From: Octopus vulgaris
Taxonomy: Eukaryota
DNA: 64,000 nucleotides
Assembly: GCA_951406725.2 (NCBI GenBank)
Contig: OX597817.1
Coordinates: 97,092,001-97,156,000 of the forward strand
Direction of reading: 5' to 3'
Numbering within the stretch: position 1 is the first letter of the stretch; every line of letters begins with the position of its first letter. The notes beneath the pieces were generated by a model, which saw nothing but the letters and a program-made list of their open reading frames with translations, made no database searches and was not told the DNA's origin. Made by a program: the position numbers and the translations under genes. Below are positions 50,429 through 64,000 of the stretch, piece after piece.

Positions 50429-51940
50429 GCCCTATTCATAAAGGAGGTAGCAGAGTGGACAAAGAACTATAGACCTATCTCTCTGACCTCACACATCAGC
50501 AAGGTCATGGAACGAATAGTCAGAAGGAAGCTGATCACCTTCCTTGAAGAGAATGACTTGCTGTCCGACACCCAACATGGTTTCCGACCAGGAGAAGCTG
50601 TTTAACTCAGCTCCTACAACACTATGACTGGGTGCTGAAACGGCTGCTCAACCACTCAAATGTGGAAGTCATATATCTCGACTTTGCAAAGGCCTTTGAT
50701 AAAGTCGATCATGGAATGATATGTCACAAACTGCGTGATCTCAACATAGTTGGAAAACTGGGAGAATGGCTTCATGACTTTCTGAAGGATAGAAGTCAGG
50801 TGGTAGTAGCCAATGGGGCCACCTCCATTAACACACAAATAGTGAGCGGTGTTCCGCAGGGCACTGTTCTGGGACCACTACTGTTCATAATGGCCCTCTC
50901 AGACATGCCCTCAGCCACGCAGAGAGCCACGATCACAAGTTATGCAGATGATACAAAAGTTTCACAGGCAATACAGAACCCTGAGGACACTAAACACCTG
51001 CAATGTGAGCTGGACGAAATATACAAGTGGGCTGAAAAGAATAGCATGCAGTTCAATGCTGGAAAGTTTCAAGCTTTATACTATCAGCATGCAAAACTGA
51101 ATGCAATACCCAATGAATACACTGGACCCGGAGGGATTGCAATCCCAGAGGCACAATCAGTGCGTGACCTGGGTATTCACATGAGTGATGACGCGACCTT
51201 TCATGTACATGTTGCTAAACTGACAATGAAATGTAGACGGCTGGCTGGATGGATTCTTAGAACCTTTAGAACAAGAGAACAAGAAACCATGATGGTCCTC
51301 TGGAAGACACTTGTCCTAAGCCACTTTGACTATTGCTCTCAGCTATGGTCACCATCCAGTGTCAAGTTGATCACAGAACTTGAGGCGATCCAACGAAGCT
51401 ACACAAAGAAGATAGCCTCTATGCAGAATGTAAGCTACTGGGAAAGACTCAAGAGATTAAAATTATATTCCCTGGAGCGTAGGCGGGAAAGATATGCCAT
51501 AATATACATCTGGAAGATCCTGGAGGGAAGTGTCCTGAACTTTGGCATCGAGAGTTACGCAAATGCCAGAACTGGGCGCCACTGCGTGGTGCCTAGGACT
51601 CCAAACCTGCCATCAAGATGTAGGACAAGATTCTGTGATAGCCTGGCTTCCGAGGCCCACAGCTCTTCAATATCCTCCCGAAGAACCTGAGAGACCTGCA
51701 TGGGGTGGATACAGATGTCTTTAAAATGAAGCTGGATCTCTTCCTGTCAGGTGTCCCAGATGAACCAACTTCACGGCAGGAGGGGCAGATGAGGGCAGCT
51801 GCATCGAACTCTCTCATGCACCAAATAGCAGTTGCTAGAAAGCCTCCATGAAGTGAAACCAAGTAGCAACACCAAATGGCGGTGCCCCAGCATGGCCACA
51901 GCTCATAAGCTGAAACTAGAATCAATCAATCAATCAATCA
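50429..51940 (+). mobile_element. 5'-truncated second copy of the CR1-group LINE (RT + 3' end, (AATC)n tail)
   Basis: Nearly identical to 45761-47286. A 352-aa open RT frame at 50632-51690. Confidence 0.95.
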
Positions 51941-53333
<1,393 letters not shown>

Positions 53334-53562
53334 GGAGGCGCAATGGCCTAGCGGTTAGAGCAGCGGACTTGCGGTCGGAGGATCGCGGTTTCGATTCCCA
53401 GACCGGGCGTTGTGTGTGTTTATTGAGCGAAAAAATACCTAAAAAGCTCCACGAGGCTCCGGCAGGAGGTGGTGATCCCTGCTGTACTCTTTCACCACTC
53501 TAAAGGCGGTGCTCCAGCATGGCCGCAGTCAAATGACTGAAACAAGTACAAAAAAAAAAAAA
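53334..53562 (+). mobile_element. tRNA-derived SINE head joined to a different SINE tail with an A-rich end
   Basis: 53334-53498 matches the SINE at 34664-35044. 53500-53550 (AAGGCGGTGCTCCAGCATGGCCGCAGTCAAATGACTGAAACAAGTA) matches the tail at 20120-20160. Confidence 0.8.
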
Positions 53563-53686
53563 TATGTATGTATATATATATGTATATATATGTATGTATA
53601 TATATATGTATATATATGTATGTATATATATATGTATATATATGTATGTATATATATATGTATATATATGTATGTATATATATATG

Positions 53687-53717
<31 letters not shown>

Positions 53718-53728
53718 GTATGTATATA

Positions 53729-53769
<41 letters not shown>

Positions 53770-53997
53770 CTTTACTACCCACAAGGGGCTAAACACAGAG
53801 GGGACAAACAAGGACAGACAAAGGATTAAGCTGATTACATCGATCCCAGTGTGTAACTGGTACTTAATTTATCGACCCCGAAAGGATGAAAGGCAAAAGT
53901 GGACCTCGGCGGAATTTGAACTCAGAACGTAACGGCAGACGAAATATTATATAAGCATTTCGCCCGGCGTGCTAACGTTTCTGCCAGCTCGCCGCCT
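53770..53997 (-). mobile_element. tRNA-derived SINE with central GCCTTTCATCCTTTCGGGGTCGATAAATTAAGTACCAG domain (Meta/Sauria-SINE-like)
   Basis: Minus strand GAGCTGGCAGAA (A-box-like) ... GAGTTCAAATTCC (B box). Decayed relatives at 20555 and about 58410-58555. Confidence 0.75.
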
Positions 53998-54004
53998 TCA
54001 TATG

Positions 54005-54123
<119 letters not shown>

Positions 54124-54140
54124 ATATATATGTATATATG

Positions 54141-54178
<38 letters not shown>

Positions 54179-54184
54179 CTTTAT

Positions 54185-55358
54185 TTTAAGCAGCAGAAAA
54201 ATCAACAAAATCTGTTACTCTGAGTTTCTTAGTTGCCGTTCATCAGACAGTTTTTGCTAGAATGGAACATATATATTAATTCAATCTATACTCTTACAAA
54301 CGCTACACCTTTAAAAAGAAATGGACTTGTTTGATTGGCCCTTTAGAAAAAACGGTCAATCTTCGAGCGATAAACAAAAAGGTCAAAATATATGTATATA
54401 TATATAAAAACTTATAAAAATTATAAAATCCGAGGAAAATACCGAGGAAAAAACCTGTTGCCGTTAATGAAGACAGTACAAATTAATGCATAGAAATTAA
54501 ACCTGTTATAAATTACTGCAATACATATTTATATTAAAATCCACATATATATATCAACATACACAAAAGGATGCGCGTAAACGCCATACATACATATACA
54601 GACGTATGAAATATGAATCTAAATTATACACATAAAAGCATGTGTACATATATTCACGCAAACCGTCTCGCACGCAAGCTAAAATTCATCTATGTAGCAA
54701 TTCTCATATACTGAGCAAGGAGGGGGAACGAAAGAAAGGGAAAGAGAGAAAAAGGAACGGAGGAGGGGTGGGGAAAAAAATTTGTAGCTATGTTATTTGG
54801 CATCTATAGAGGCCTGTATACAAATACACAAGTTTGAATTGGATACATATACATACAGTCGTGTATATGTGTGCTTAAGCACAAGCATACTTTCACTCAC
54901 ACATACACAGATACGCATGCTTACAAATACATATGCTTTGGCTATACACAAACTTATATAAACATTCTAAATTTGACAACATTGCTTTTTTTAAAAAAAA
55001 AACATTGCTTTTAAAAAATGGGTGCATTAATAAAAATATATACGAAAGGACCTATAAAATAAAATATAACATCCCTATTTTGGGTCATTTATAAATAATC
55101 AAGGTAATATAAATAATCAAGGTAATCTTATGCAATACAATAACATGAAAACAAAGTTTGTAGGTTTTTCCTAATATATATGTAGAAACAATAAGACTTT
55201 GCTATAGGTCCGTTGTAGCGCTCAAGAGTCAAAATCAAAATCAAAAAATCAAAATACAAAATATATACTCTATCCATATGGTATATTTATATTCGACATT
55301 TTAAATTTAGCCGCGTGCCTACATAAGTTCATTAATTCACTTCTTTGATTCAAAGAAT
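54185..55358 (-). mobile_element. Penelope-like element 3' end (ORF C-terminus + 3' UTR), cut by the assembly gap
   Basis: SLNQRSELMNLCRHAAKFKM matches the LNxRxE..CRH..K C-terminal motif of GIY-YIG PLEs. A hammerhead lies about 1 kb downstream on the same strand. Confidence 0.65.
54212..54250 (-). ncRNA. Minimal type I hammerhead ribozyme
   Basis: Minus strand CTGT-CTGATGA-ACGGCAACTAA-GAAA-CTCAGAG-TA-ACAG. Intact core, 4-bp stem I, near-palindromic stem III, GUA site. The stem II closing pair is mismatched. Confidence 0.7.
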
Positions 55359-55458
55359 NNNNNNNNNNNNNNNNNNNNNNNNNNNNNNNNNNNNNNNNNN
55401 NNNNNNNNNNNNNNNNNNNNNNNNNNNNNNNNNNNNNNNNNNNNNNNNNNNNNNNNNN
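55359..55458. other. Assembly gap (100 N)
   Basis: Run of N. Confidence 1.
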
Positions 55459-56599
55459 ACACATGCATACATAATCATATATATAAATATATATATATAC
55501 AGAAGTCCGTCATACACACATATTTTACAAATTTAGAATATATTAAGGAGTAGGAGGAGAAAACAAAAAATACTCGAGCTATTAACTGATCGATGAAATG
55601 AAAATATTATACAACTCGGTATAAAGTAGGCATAACTGGAGTAAGAGATCATTTGAGTGAATTCCCAGTTGATGGCAGTGTCTGTTAATGAATGAGAGAA
55701 CAATGTAAGTGTTGAGCAACACGTTTAAAATTAAGTCTTTTAGTTTCAAAACCATTTCGGAATATCGCAATTTGTACATTTTTATTTAACTAAACAGAGA
55801 ATTAAGGTGTAAAGTTGGCGATAATCAAATCTATCTACAAGGAATTGATTTTTCTTCAACCTTACCTTAATATATAGTGTCAATAGCGGTGAGGACATTT
55901 GTGTGGAATTGGTCTTAGGAACACGTGTTGGAAAATGGAAGACTTTTGGATAGTTTTGTATTATAATTCCAGTAACATTTGGGTTGTTGCATAATAGCAA
56001 TATATAAACCAATATCAATACCTGACAAGCATTTTATTTTATCGACTCTAGAGAATGTTAATGTTTAAACAAAAGATTTATAGAAATAAAGATTATGAAA
56101 TTTAGGCAGAAAAAATAATAGTAGAAGGAAATCATTAAATTAATAAAAATTGAAAACACGCACACTCCCTTAAAATATATATAACGCCAGAGAAAACTGG
56201 TGTTGGTTGTTTAACTACTGGCCAGCCCCGTTCGAGCAGATTAATACCAAAGATGTTCCAGCCTTGACCATCTAGTCTTTTCTTCGAGATTATATTATCC
56301 AGTATAATGGTAAGATATATTTTGAGCGAGATTTGGCTTGTTTCATTCAACCAGGCTAAGCGATCCCGTACAAGCTATGACAACATCAATAACATATAAC
56401 GATTATCTATTATAACATATATCAGGAATTACATTGAGCTAAATTTATTGACAGCTGTCACTAGGACGACATTAGCAACACAAGTGAGCATTTGAGATAG
56501 AAACATGACTGAATGGATCGCAGTATATTACTGCTACATCCTATATATACACAAGAAATAAAGTGATGGTAATGTTAACTAATATCTAATCTGAATGAC

Positions 56600-56810
56600 A
56601 CTTAATGACACGCAATCATTCGACTTGCTAAAAATAGCAACCAAGTTTCTTTAATTCGCAAAACGACAATGGAGAATGTAGTCTCCGACAGGAAAAAACA
56701 GGGAAAGTCTTGATTGGAACACTTTTGATTACAACTGTTTTAAATGGGCTGGGGCAACAATTCCAGAGATTTGTTGCCTCAGCACATGGCAGAATGGAAA
56801 TTCTAATCAT
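56600..56810 (-). mobile_element. Old LINE 3'-end fragment (L2/CR1-group-like)
   Basis: ATNLWNCCPSPF peptide and the tail motif TTGGYTGCTATTT, which recurs at about 13457 and 58120. Confidence 0.4.
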
Positions 56811-57197
56811 ATTCTGTATATATTCTTCCTTTATTAATGCTGCCCAACCATTTATCAATACAATAATGACAATATTATCTATGACAATAAAAAGAAACTG
56901 TCCCTTTTAAATATCAGCTGTGAAGTAGATGACGAGAGAGCCGAAAGATACGGTTCCGATTCACGGAAGTAATCATTTCTTTCCCCAAATCCCACCGCTA
57001 ATCGTCGAGGTTCTGAAGAAAGAAAAGCATGATCATGGAATCTTTATCAATATTGGATATCGAGTATCTCTAGGAATGTAGAATATAACTTACCTTTTCC
57101 CGGATGTGTACATTAGAGAGCTTTTCAAGGTTTCCAGCAAAAATAAATAGATAAGCGACAGCAGGATCGAAATATTGCCGATATAAGGGTGGGAGTG

Positions 57198-57249
<52 letters not shown>

Positions 57250-57430
57250 TCGCTATCTAGAAATATCTAAAGATAGGACAACAATCCAACATAAAGTAGT
57301 TGTCTGTTGACGACAGCTGATTCTACAACGTGAAATAATATCAATAACGTCAAATCGCGATTAAAATATTCTGCGACAAATATTCCCTAATATTTCCACA
57401 TTTCTTCACAAGAACTATAACATTTCTCAT

Positions 57431-57488
<58 letters not shown>

Positions 57489-59339
57489 TGTATGTATATA
57501 TATATATGTGTGTGTTGTGTGTGTATATATATGTGTGTGTATATGTATATATATAGGAATATATTTGGGGGAGTGTTCTAGAAGTGAATTTTAAATAATT
57601 TCCAGTTTGTAAAAATTAAGTAGAATAAATTAGAATCTAGTGTTGTATTTGTCGTCGATAAAACATTGTGAGACAAATAACCATTACAGTTGGTCTATCA
57701 TTGTCTGCGGAACTACACTAGAGTCACTTCTGTGATAGTGATGGTGGTGGTGGGCGGAATCAGATAGTACGGGTGGTTGTACTGGTAATACAGATGGTCG
57801 TTATTGTGGTGCTGGTGATGATAGCGGTGGTAGTGATGGTGAGTTAGCTTCCTAAATCTCTCTACAGGTCGTTGACGTACTTTTCTAACTGTTGCTACTC
57901 TTACTGCAGCTACTTTCACGTTACAACAACTGTTGGTATCGGTGCTAATGATGATGATAGTTTTGTTGTTTTGCCTAAGGTCAGCTCGGATCAAGAAGAC
58001 CGATAATCAAAGCTACTCCAGATGCGACCAATTTGTTTGAACACAGTGTATGACAGAATGATTAAACTATCTAATGTGTCCTTCCTTATTTAAAAAGTAA
58101 GGAAGACAAGTAGGGAAATTTTGGCTGCTATTTTTACCAGATCAAATAACCATGTTTGGCCTTTGCAGTGATGGTGATGATGATGGTTGCAGGTTCCAGT
58201 CATCTGTGTGTGGTGTGATCACCTGATCTGACACCGGTAGGCGGAGCTTAAAGGAGGAGTTGTGGAACGCTGGTCGTTCGATCTGAAGTTTTAACTAATC
58301 TGACGTACATATCATCACGTTAAGGTTATGAGTGTGAGAAAGAGTAAAGAGAGTAGGGGACTGAGAATGTAAGTGAGAGAAAGATATGTTTATAAAGACA
58401 GAGGAAGAAAGTTGGCAGAATTAGTACGACGTTGGATACAATCCTTGTATTTAGTTATAGATCTTCGTGTTCTGAGTTTCAATACAAACGATGTCAATTT
58501 CATTTTACATGCTTCGAGTTGGAGATAAAATAAAAATATAAGTATTTAACTGGTGCCGAAAGAAGCTGAAGAACGATATAAGTAAACGAAGAAAAGGGGA
58601 AAGTGAGGGACGAGAAAATCAAAGGACAGACGAAAGAAGGAAAACAAAGAAAACTAAGTGTGAATGGCAGAAGGTGAAAGAAACATTATAGGTTGATGTG
58701 AATTGTGATATTGGTGAGTGTGGGAGATAAGAAGGGTAAAAGCTGCTTTTATTCCTTCGGATCTGAATTTAGAAAATTTAATTGCTTAATAGTAGGGGAA
58801 GAACAGTACCCATAACCATTTTCAGGATCTCTGAGACTGGTGAAGGAAAGGATAAATATATCATCAAACTCGAGTTTAGATGAATGAATTTAACAGGCCT
58901 TGGTAAAGGTACTTACTGGTCAAATGGTATTAAATAGGATAACTGTTCCGTACTAGTAATACTACATGTTTACACTAATATTCACTTCTTCACTAAACAA
59001 GAACTGTACCTCAGTGAAAAGAAATTCACTTTTTTTATTATAAATATGTGATTATGTTTATGTTAAATGGTTCTGTAAATGTAGGTTATTGTTGAATGAC
59101 AAATGGCAGGATATAAAGTAATGTGGAAGCTCCTGTGGGGCTGGATGGCAGAATAAAACAGAAGTCAAATCTCTCTCAAGTCATCCAATTATTGTAATAA
59201 AAACAACAAAACTTTTATTTTTGCTAAATCTGGAAGAAGGAGCAGAGCCCATGATTCTTGTAAGCCCTCCAAGACTAGTGAAATTGGTATCATTAATATT
59301 TCATTTAAGCTTTCCTCCAGGAAAGATATGAGTGGAGAG

Positions 59340-60060
59340 GGGGTTCAAGTTTTGGGGGATAAAAGATTGGGCATAGTGGTTAGTGTAGGGGAAAGGGTTA
59401 TATGCACTATGGGTGCCAAAAAGTAGAGATGAATGGGAATGGTGGAGGTATGAGATCCACCAGCTCTAAGGAGCATGCCATTATAGTAGCAATAGAAACA
59501 AAAACAGAAAAGACTACATCTGTGAGCCAAAGACTTCAGTGTGTCTGCTAGCGATGGAGTACCAGTTAACCTAATGGCCTGAATGAAGTCCAAGGTGTCA
59601 ATGTGTGTAGTAGCATTACCATTCTAGCTGTGAGAGCAGTATCCATTGCAGGTCCCACTTGAGCATTGTGAAGTGTCAGCAGCTGTTAAGGGTCTGAAAT
59701 ATCTTCTGGTGCCAAAGAGAAGGGTCAATCCTTGGGATACAGTATTAGCTATACTAAGGATGTATTTTCACTTGGAAAAATCTTCAGTGATAATGAGACA
59801 TAGCATTTGGAACAACTGTTTAAGCTCTAACTGAGAGTTACTCGTGTTTACAGGGAGTGTGGTGAGGTAGTGTCTTCTTACTATGAGTAGCGCTTGAAGT
59901 TTTTTTGCTGTTAAAAGAGATAAGGTTTATATGGTCCCACTGAAGGATGCTCTCAAGATCTCTATTTATGTAATCAATGCAGGTTTGGCATGAAATGTTT
60001 AGGTCATATATGAATGAAGCATGGCTTGGGAAGGAGTACAATAGTAGGCATCCATTGGTC
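59340..60060 (-). mobile_element. Old CR1/L2-group RT C-terminal fragment
   Basis: INRDLESILQWDHINLISFNSKKT, YCSH and IQAIRLTG...LKSLAHR..FYCYYNG. Confidence 0.7.
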
Positions 60061-60169
60061 TTGAAAGACCATGGATCTTTACCTGGAAAATTTTGTCAGC
60101 TGCTGATGGTGGTGCTACATCTGTTGTGCTGTAGAAGCTTACATGGGAGTGGCAATCATGCATACAGTG

Positions 60170-61308
60170 ACTGCATTTGAAGAAGCTCTCTACTGGTGCT
60201 ACTAGTTTTTCCTTTTGCTGAGTGTGCTTTTTTTGGGTGGTGAGTTCCTCTTTCTCTTCCCCTCACTTCATCCCCTTTTGCAGTATTTGTTTCCAGCATG
60301 GGTGATCATTTGCAACCTCCTCCCATCTCAGGATGTCCAGATCTATTGACTTCATATCTCTCTTAAAGACATCCTTGAAACTAAGATGAGGAGGTTCTCA
60401 TGCTCTTGTGCTGGTGGCCAATTTCCCATACAGGAGGTCTTTTGGGATCCTCTCATATGTCATGTAATTTAAATGACTGAGCCAGTGCTGCAAGAGCAGG
60501 GTGAATATACTGGGGATCTTGGCACAGTTGATGACTTTGGTGTTGGTGATGCAGTCGGTCCACTTGATATCCAAGATGTGTTTCAAATTACAAAGGTGGA
60601 AGATGTTGAGACACTGCTCCTGTCTTGAGTAGAGGTTCCATGTCTCATTGCTGTAGTGTACTGAGGACGCATGCTTTTTAGACCGCAGTCTTGGTGTTTG
60701 CAGCCAGTTTTGTTTTTCCAGACTCTTTGTGAGCTTGGCAATGTGGAGGATGCTCATCCAATTCACCTGCTGATGTCAGGGTCCAGGGAGAGGTAATCAG
60801 AGATGGTAGAGCTGAGGTAGGTGAATTCATAGACTACCTCCAGCTTGTAGTTGTTGATGGGGATGATGGTGGGAGTGCTTGACACCTTGGCCCAGTACAT
60901 TGGTCTTCTTTAGGCTGAATTCCTGACAGGCTCTGTGAGTTTGTCCACAAGGTGCTGCATTTGCTCCTTAGAGTGCACTGTCAGTGCTGAGTTGTCTGTG
61001 AGCAGTACCTAATGTACCGTGGATTTTACTTTCAACCTCAACAAACAAAATAGTTTACCATCTGATCTGGTGTGAAAGCAGACACCATCAGTTGATGTTC
61101 CAAATGTGTTTTTCAGTATGACTGCAAAGAAGATGCCAAACAGGGCGGGGGCAAGGATACAACCCTGTTTCATGCTGCTACATATGTTGAATGCCTCCAA
61201 AGAAGAGCCATCAAATTGAATGATGGCTTTCATATCCGTGTGAAATGACTGGACAATCCTAAAGAGTCTTGGAGGACAACCAATCCTGGTGAGGATTTTG
61301 AACAGGCT
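60170..61308 (-). mobile_element. RTE-BovB-like LINE RT fragment
   Basis: IGCPPRLFRIVQSFH, KQGCILAPALFGIFF, TRSDGKLF.L.RLK, FTYLSS, ETWNLY, FHLCNLKHILDIKW and RIPKDLLYG. Confidence 0.85.
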
Positions 61309-61789
61309 GGGGATATAAAGTAATTAATATTAACAGGAGTACAAGGTAATTAATTTTATTATGAGGACAAGGTAATTAATATTATACTGTACAGAAGAAA
61401 AAGATAGAGTTCAAGGTAATGGACTAAAGTCCTTCGTGAAGTAGTGAAGAAAGGAAAATGAAAGAAGAAAGTTCTGTTGAGTCAGTGATTATAATGAAAG
61501 TTGCATGGTTAAATGTATAAGAGACATGGGTATTGTGGATTAGAGCTTTGCAGGTAAAAGGTTGCTTCTTGGGCAAGGGAGAAAATTTGCAAGAGCATGT
61601 GTGTGTTAAGAGAGAAGGTGTGTGTAGGGAAATGTGTATGCATATATAGGGGATTGTGTGTATGTGTGAATGTCCTGCTATGTAATGGTAAATGGGTGAA
61701 AGGTGAGTAGTATGTCTGCATGTGTTCAGTTGATTTATCAGTATATATGGGGTAGTCAGTAGGGAAAGAGTTAGTATAGAGAAAAAAAT

Positions 61790-64000
61790 TATCATCATCA
61801 TTTAATGTCTGTTTTCCATGCTGGCATGAGTTGGCTGGATGCTCTTCCTAAAGCTGTACTGTGGTACTGGGTATTATATATGTTGCACCATCACAGGTGC
61901 TTTTTAAGTGACACCAGCACCAGTGCTTTTTCTGTGGCACCAGTATCTACACCAATGCTTTTTATTTGACACCTTAGTTTTAGGATCTCAACTCTTTTGT
62001 GATTGGTGGAGTCTTCTCAAGTACAGCAATCTTGGACCATATCTTGGTCCTGTCATCTCCTTCATAAGGTTCAGCATTTTGAGATCAGTCTTCAAAACTA
62101 CATCCCATGTCTTCCTGTGTCTCCCTCTTCCACAAATCCCTCCACTTTAAGTGATCAGCACTTCTTTATGCAACTGTCCTCATCCATTTGCATCACACGA
62201 TCAAACTAATGCAGTCTCCTCTCTTGCATGCTACATGTAATTCCTCTTATGCCCAACTTCTTCATTGCACCAATGTTCTGTCACACATGCACACTGACAT
62301 TGCACATCCAGCAGAGCATACCAGCTTCATTTCTCTTCAGCCTTTGCTTGTTCTCTGCATTCAGGGCTCACATCTCACAACCATGTAGCATCACATTTTG
62401 TGCAGTTACATCATACAATCTTCCCTTCACTTGGAAAGAGAGACCTTTGTTTGCTAATGGAGGTAAAAGCTCTCTGAACTTTCTCCATCCTATTCTTATT
62501 CTAGCAATTGCACTTCTGTACAACCTCCTCCATTGCTAATGAGGTTACCTAGGTAGCAAAAATTATTTACAACTTCCAGAGAGCAGCCAGGACATTTAAA
62601 GAAATCATTTTTCTGAGTGTTGGTGGTCTTTATGTCTCCTGTACATCTTCCATATACAAACACAACTTTCTCTGTTAATCTTCCATAGCATGTACAGGTT
62701 ACACCAAATGGAATTTCTGCTTACACCTTTCCTACATATTGAGCAAAGCCATTTACCTGATGGGTGAAGGGGCCTGTCTAATTTCTTGCTTACTAGGACT
62801 TTGGTCTTTGCTAAGTTTACTTTAAGACCTTTGATTCCAGGTTCTGTTTCCACACCTGGAATTTCTTTTCTAATTCTGTTACAGATTCTGCTATGAGGGT
62901 AGAATCAACAAATGCTAAGTAAAACAGTTTGTTCTTAGCTAAATTCTTCTCTTGCAGTTGCCTATGAAAATAGCATCAGTGGTGCTTCTTCCTGACACAA
63001 AACCAAACTACATTTCATCATGTCTAATTTTGTTCCTAATTAATTGGGCTATAACTCTCTATAACTTATAGAGTTATAGAGAGTTAAAGCGCATAACTCT
63101 CCATAATTGGTCCAGCAATTTGATGCCTCTATAATCTATGGTATCTCCTTTGCCCTTGTTGCAACTGACTATGATGTAGCTGTACCAATCACTAGGGATT
63201 ACACCTTCCTGAATAACCTGATTAACTATACAGGTGACTAGGCTGTAACCAACTCTACTAGATATCTTGAGCATCTTGGCAGTGACTCCTGATGAACCAG
63301 GGGTCTTTTCTCTCTTCATATCTTTAATTGCCTTATCTACCATGCTGCTGTCAACTAGAGTAACTGATCCCTCTGTTGGGTCCACATGAGGAAGACTCCC
63401 TTCCTCCCATTCATTCTCCACATTTAATAGTCTCTCATACTAGCACTTCTACACCTCTTTCATTTCATTGTCAATAAAAGAAAGTATACTATTATCTGTC
63501 CACACACACTTCTCTCCCACAACATCTTGATTCTCTATAACACATTTCTTTCTGCTTCTGTCCTAGCTAGATATACTTGACACCTAGCTTTTCTTTTAGT
63601 TATCTGATATGATTCTTTGCTACCCCAACTCTTCCAGTCTTCCCAGGCCTGTCTCTTCTCTTTTATAGCCCTATCTACCTGCCTATTCCACCACCATGAT
63701 ATCTGTGGTCTGGAGGGAGCTTTGCTTCAACTACAGATTTGGTTTCCACTCTCAGTAGATTGTTCCATAAGAACTTCCAGTTGTCCTCTATGCCATATGT
63801 GTCCATCTTTACCTCCTCATCAAAGGCTTCATTAAGGACATCTCTAAATTTTGCCCATTTGAAGGATCCTTGAGCTTCTAGAACCTCATTTTCCACATTG
63901 ATTTGTATCTCATGATCCTTTGAGCCCTAAGTTTGATGTCGCTAACCACTAACTTATGTTGAGTTGTGTATTTTTCACCAGGGAAAGACTTTACATTCAT
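61790..64000 (-). mobile_element. Older degenerate copy of the dominant RTE family (runs off window end)
   Basis: (CAT)n tail at 61790. Peptides GKWLCSICRKGVSRNSIWC, ENEWEEGSLPHVDPTEG and DYRGIKLLDQ. Confidence 0.9.

Noticed and set aside
53334-53410. tRNA gene (also 34970-35044 on the minus strand)
   Set aside because: A/B boxes are present, but the sequence continues into a repeated SINE body and no full cloverleaf was found.
55580-56020. Possible PLE N-terminal coding region beyond the gap
   Set aside because: Only a vague resemblance, and linkage across an N gap is unverified.
57088-57190. Minus-strand exon ending at AAG|GTAAGT
   Set aside because: No acceptor or supporting frame was found upstream.
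58827-58910. Plus-strand exon after TTTTCAG
   Set aside because: Stop codons in all three frames before the candidate donor.

Overview
AT-rich eukaryotic (animal) DNA made up almost entirely of nested, mostly decayed transposable elements and long (TA/TATG)n microsatellites, with one 100-N assembly gap. The repeat content looks like an octopod cephalopod: RTE LINEs with (GAT)n tails and several tRNA-derived SINE families. That organism call is an inference. Non-LTR retroelements: many copies of one RTE family that carries a PHD-type finger inside its RT region, a second RTE family, a BovB-like RTE, a Tx1/L1-clade LINE, a near full-length CR1-group LINE plus a 3' duplicate, and three Penelope-like (PLE) remnants with hammerhead-ribozyme-like motifs. 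There are also Gypsy LTR-element fragments. DNA transposons: piggyBac, pogo-like, mariner, Tc1-type, a FLYWCH-MULE with intact TIRs and TSD, a probable Academ, non-autonomous Helitrons, and two foldback elements containing CCCTAA/TTAGGG repeats. Only one convincing host exon was seen (26433-26591, +), so much of the window may be intronic. There is no prokaryotic-type system, CRISPR array, rRNA or genuine tRNA. The most unusual observations are a CR1-group ORF1 with Myb/SANT-like and CCCH modules behind a 5' tandem monomer array, the PHD finger in the RTE protein, a near-canonical minimal hammerhead at 54212-54250 (-), and two unrelated 3'-truncated LINEs that both end in the same Helitron terminus. 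All family assignments come from motif recognition by eye and no database search was run. Many boundaries are approximate.
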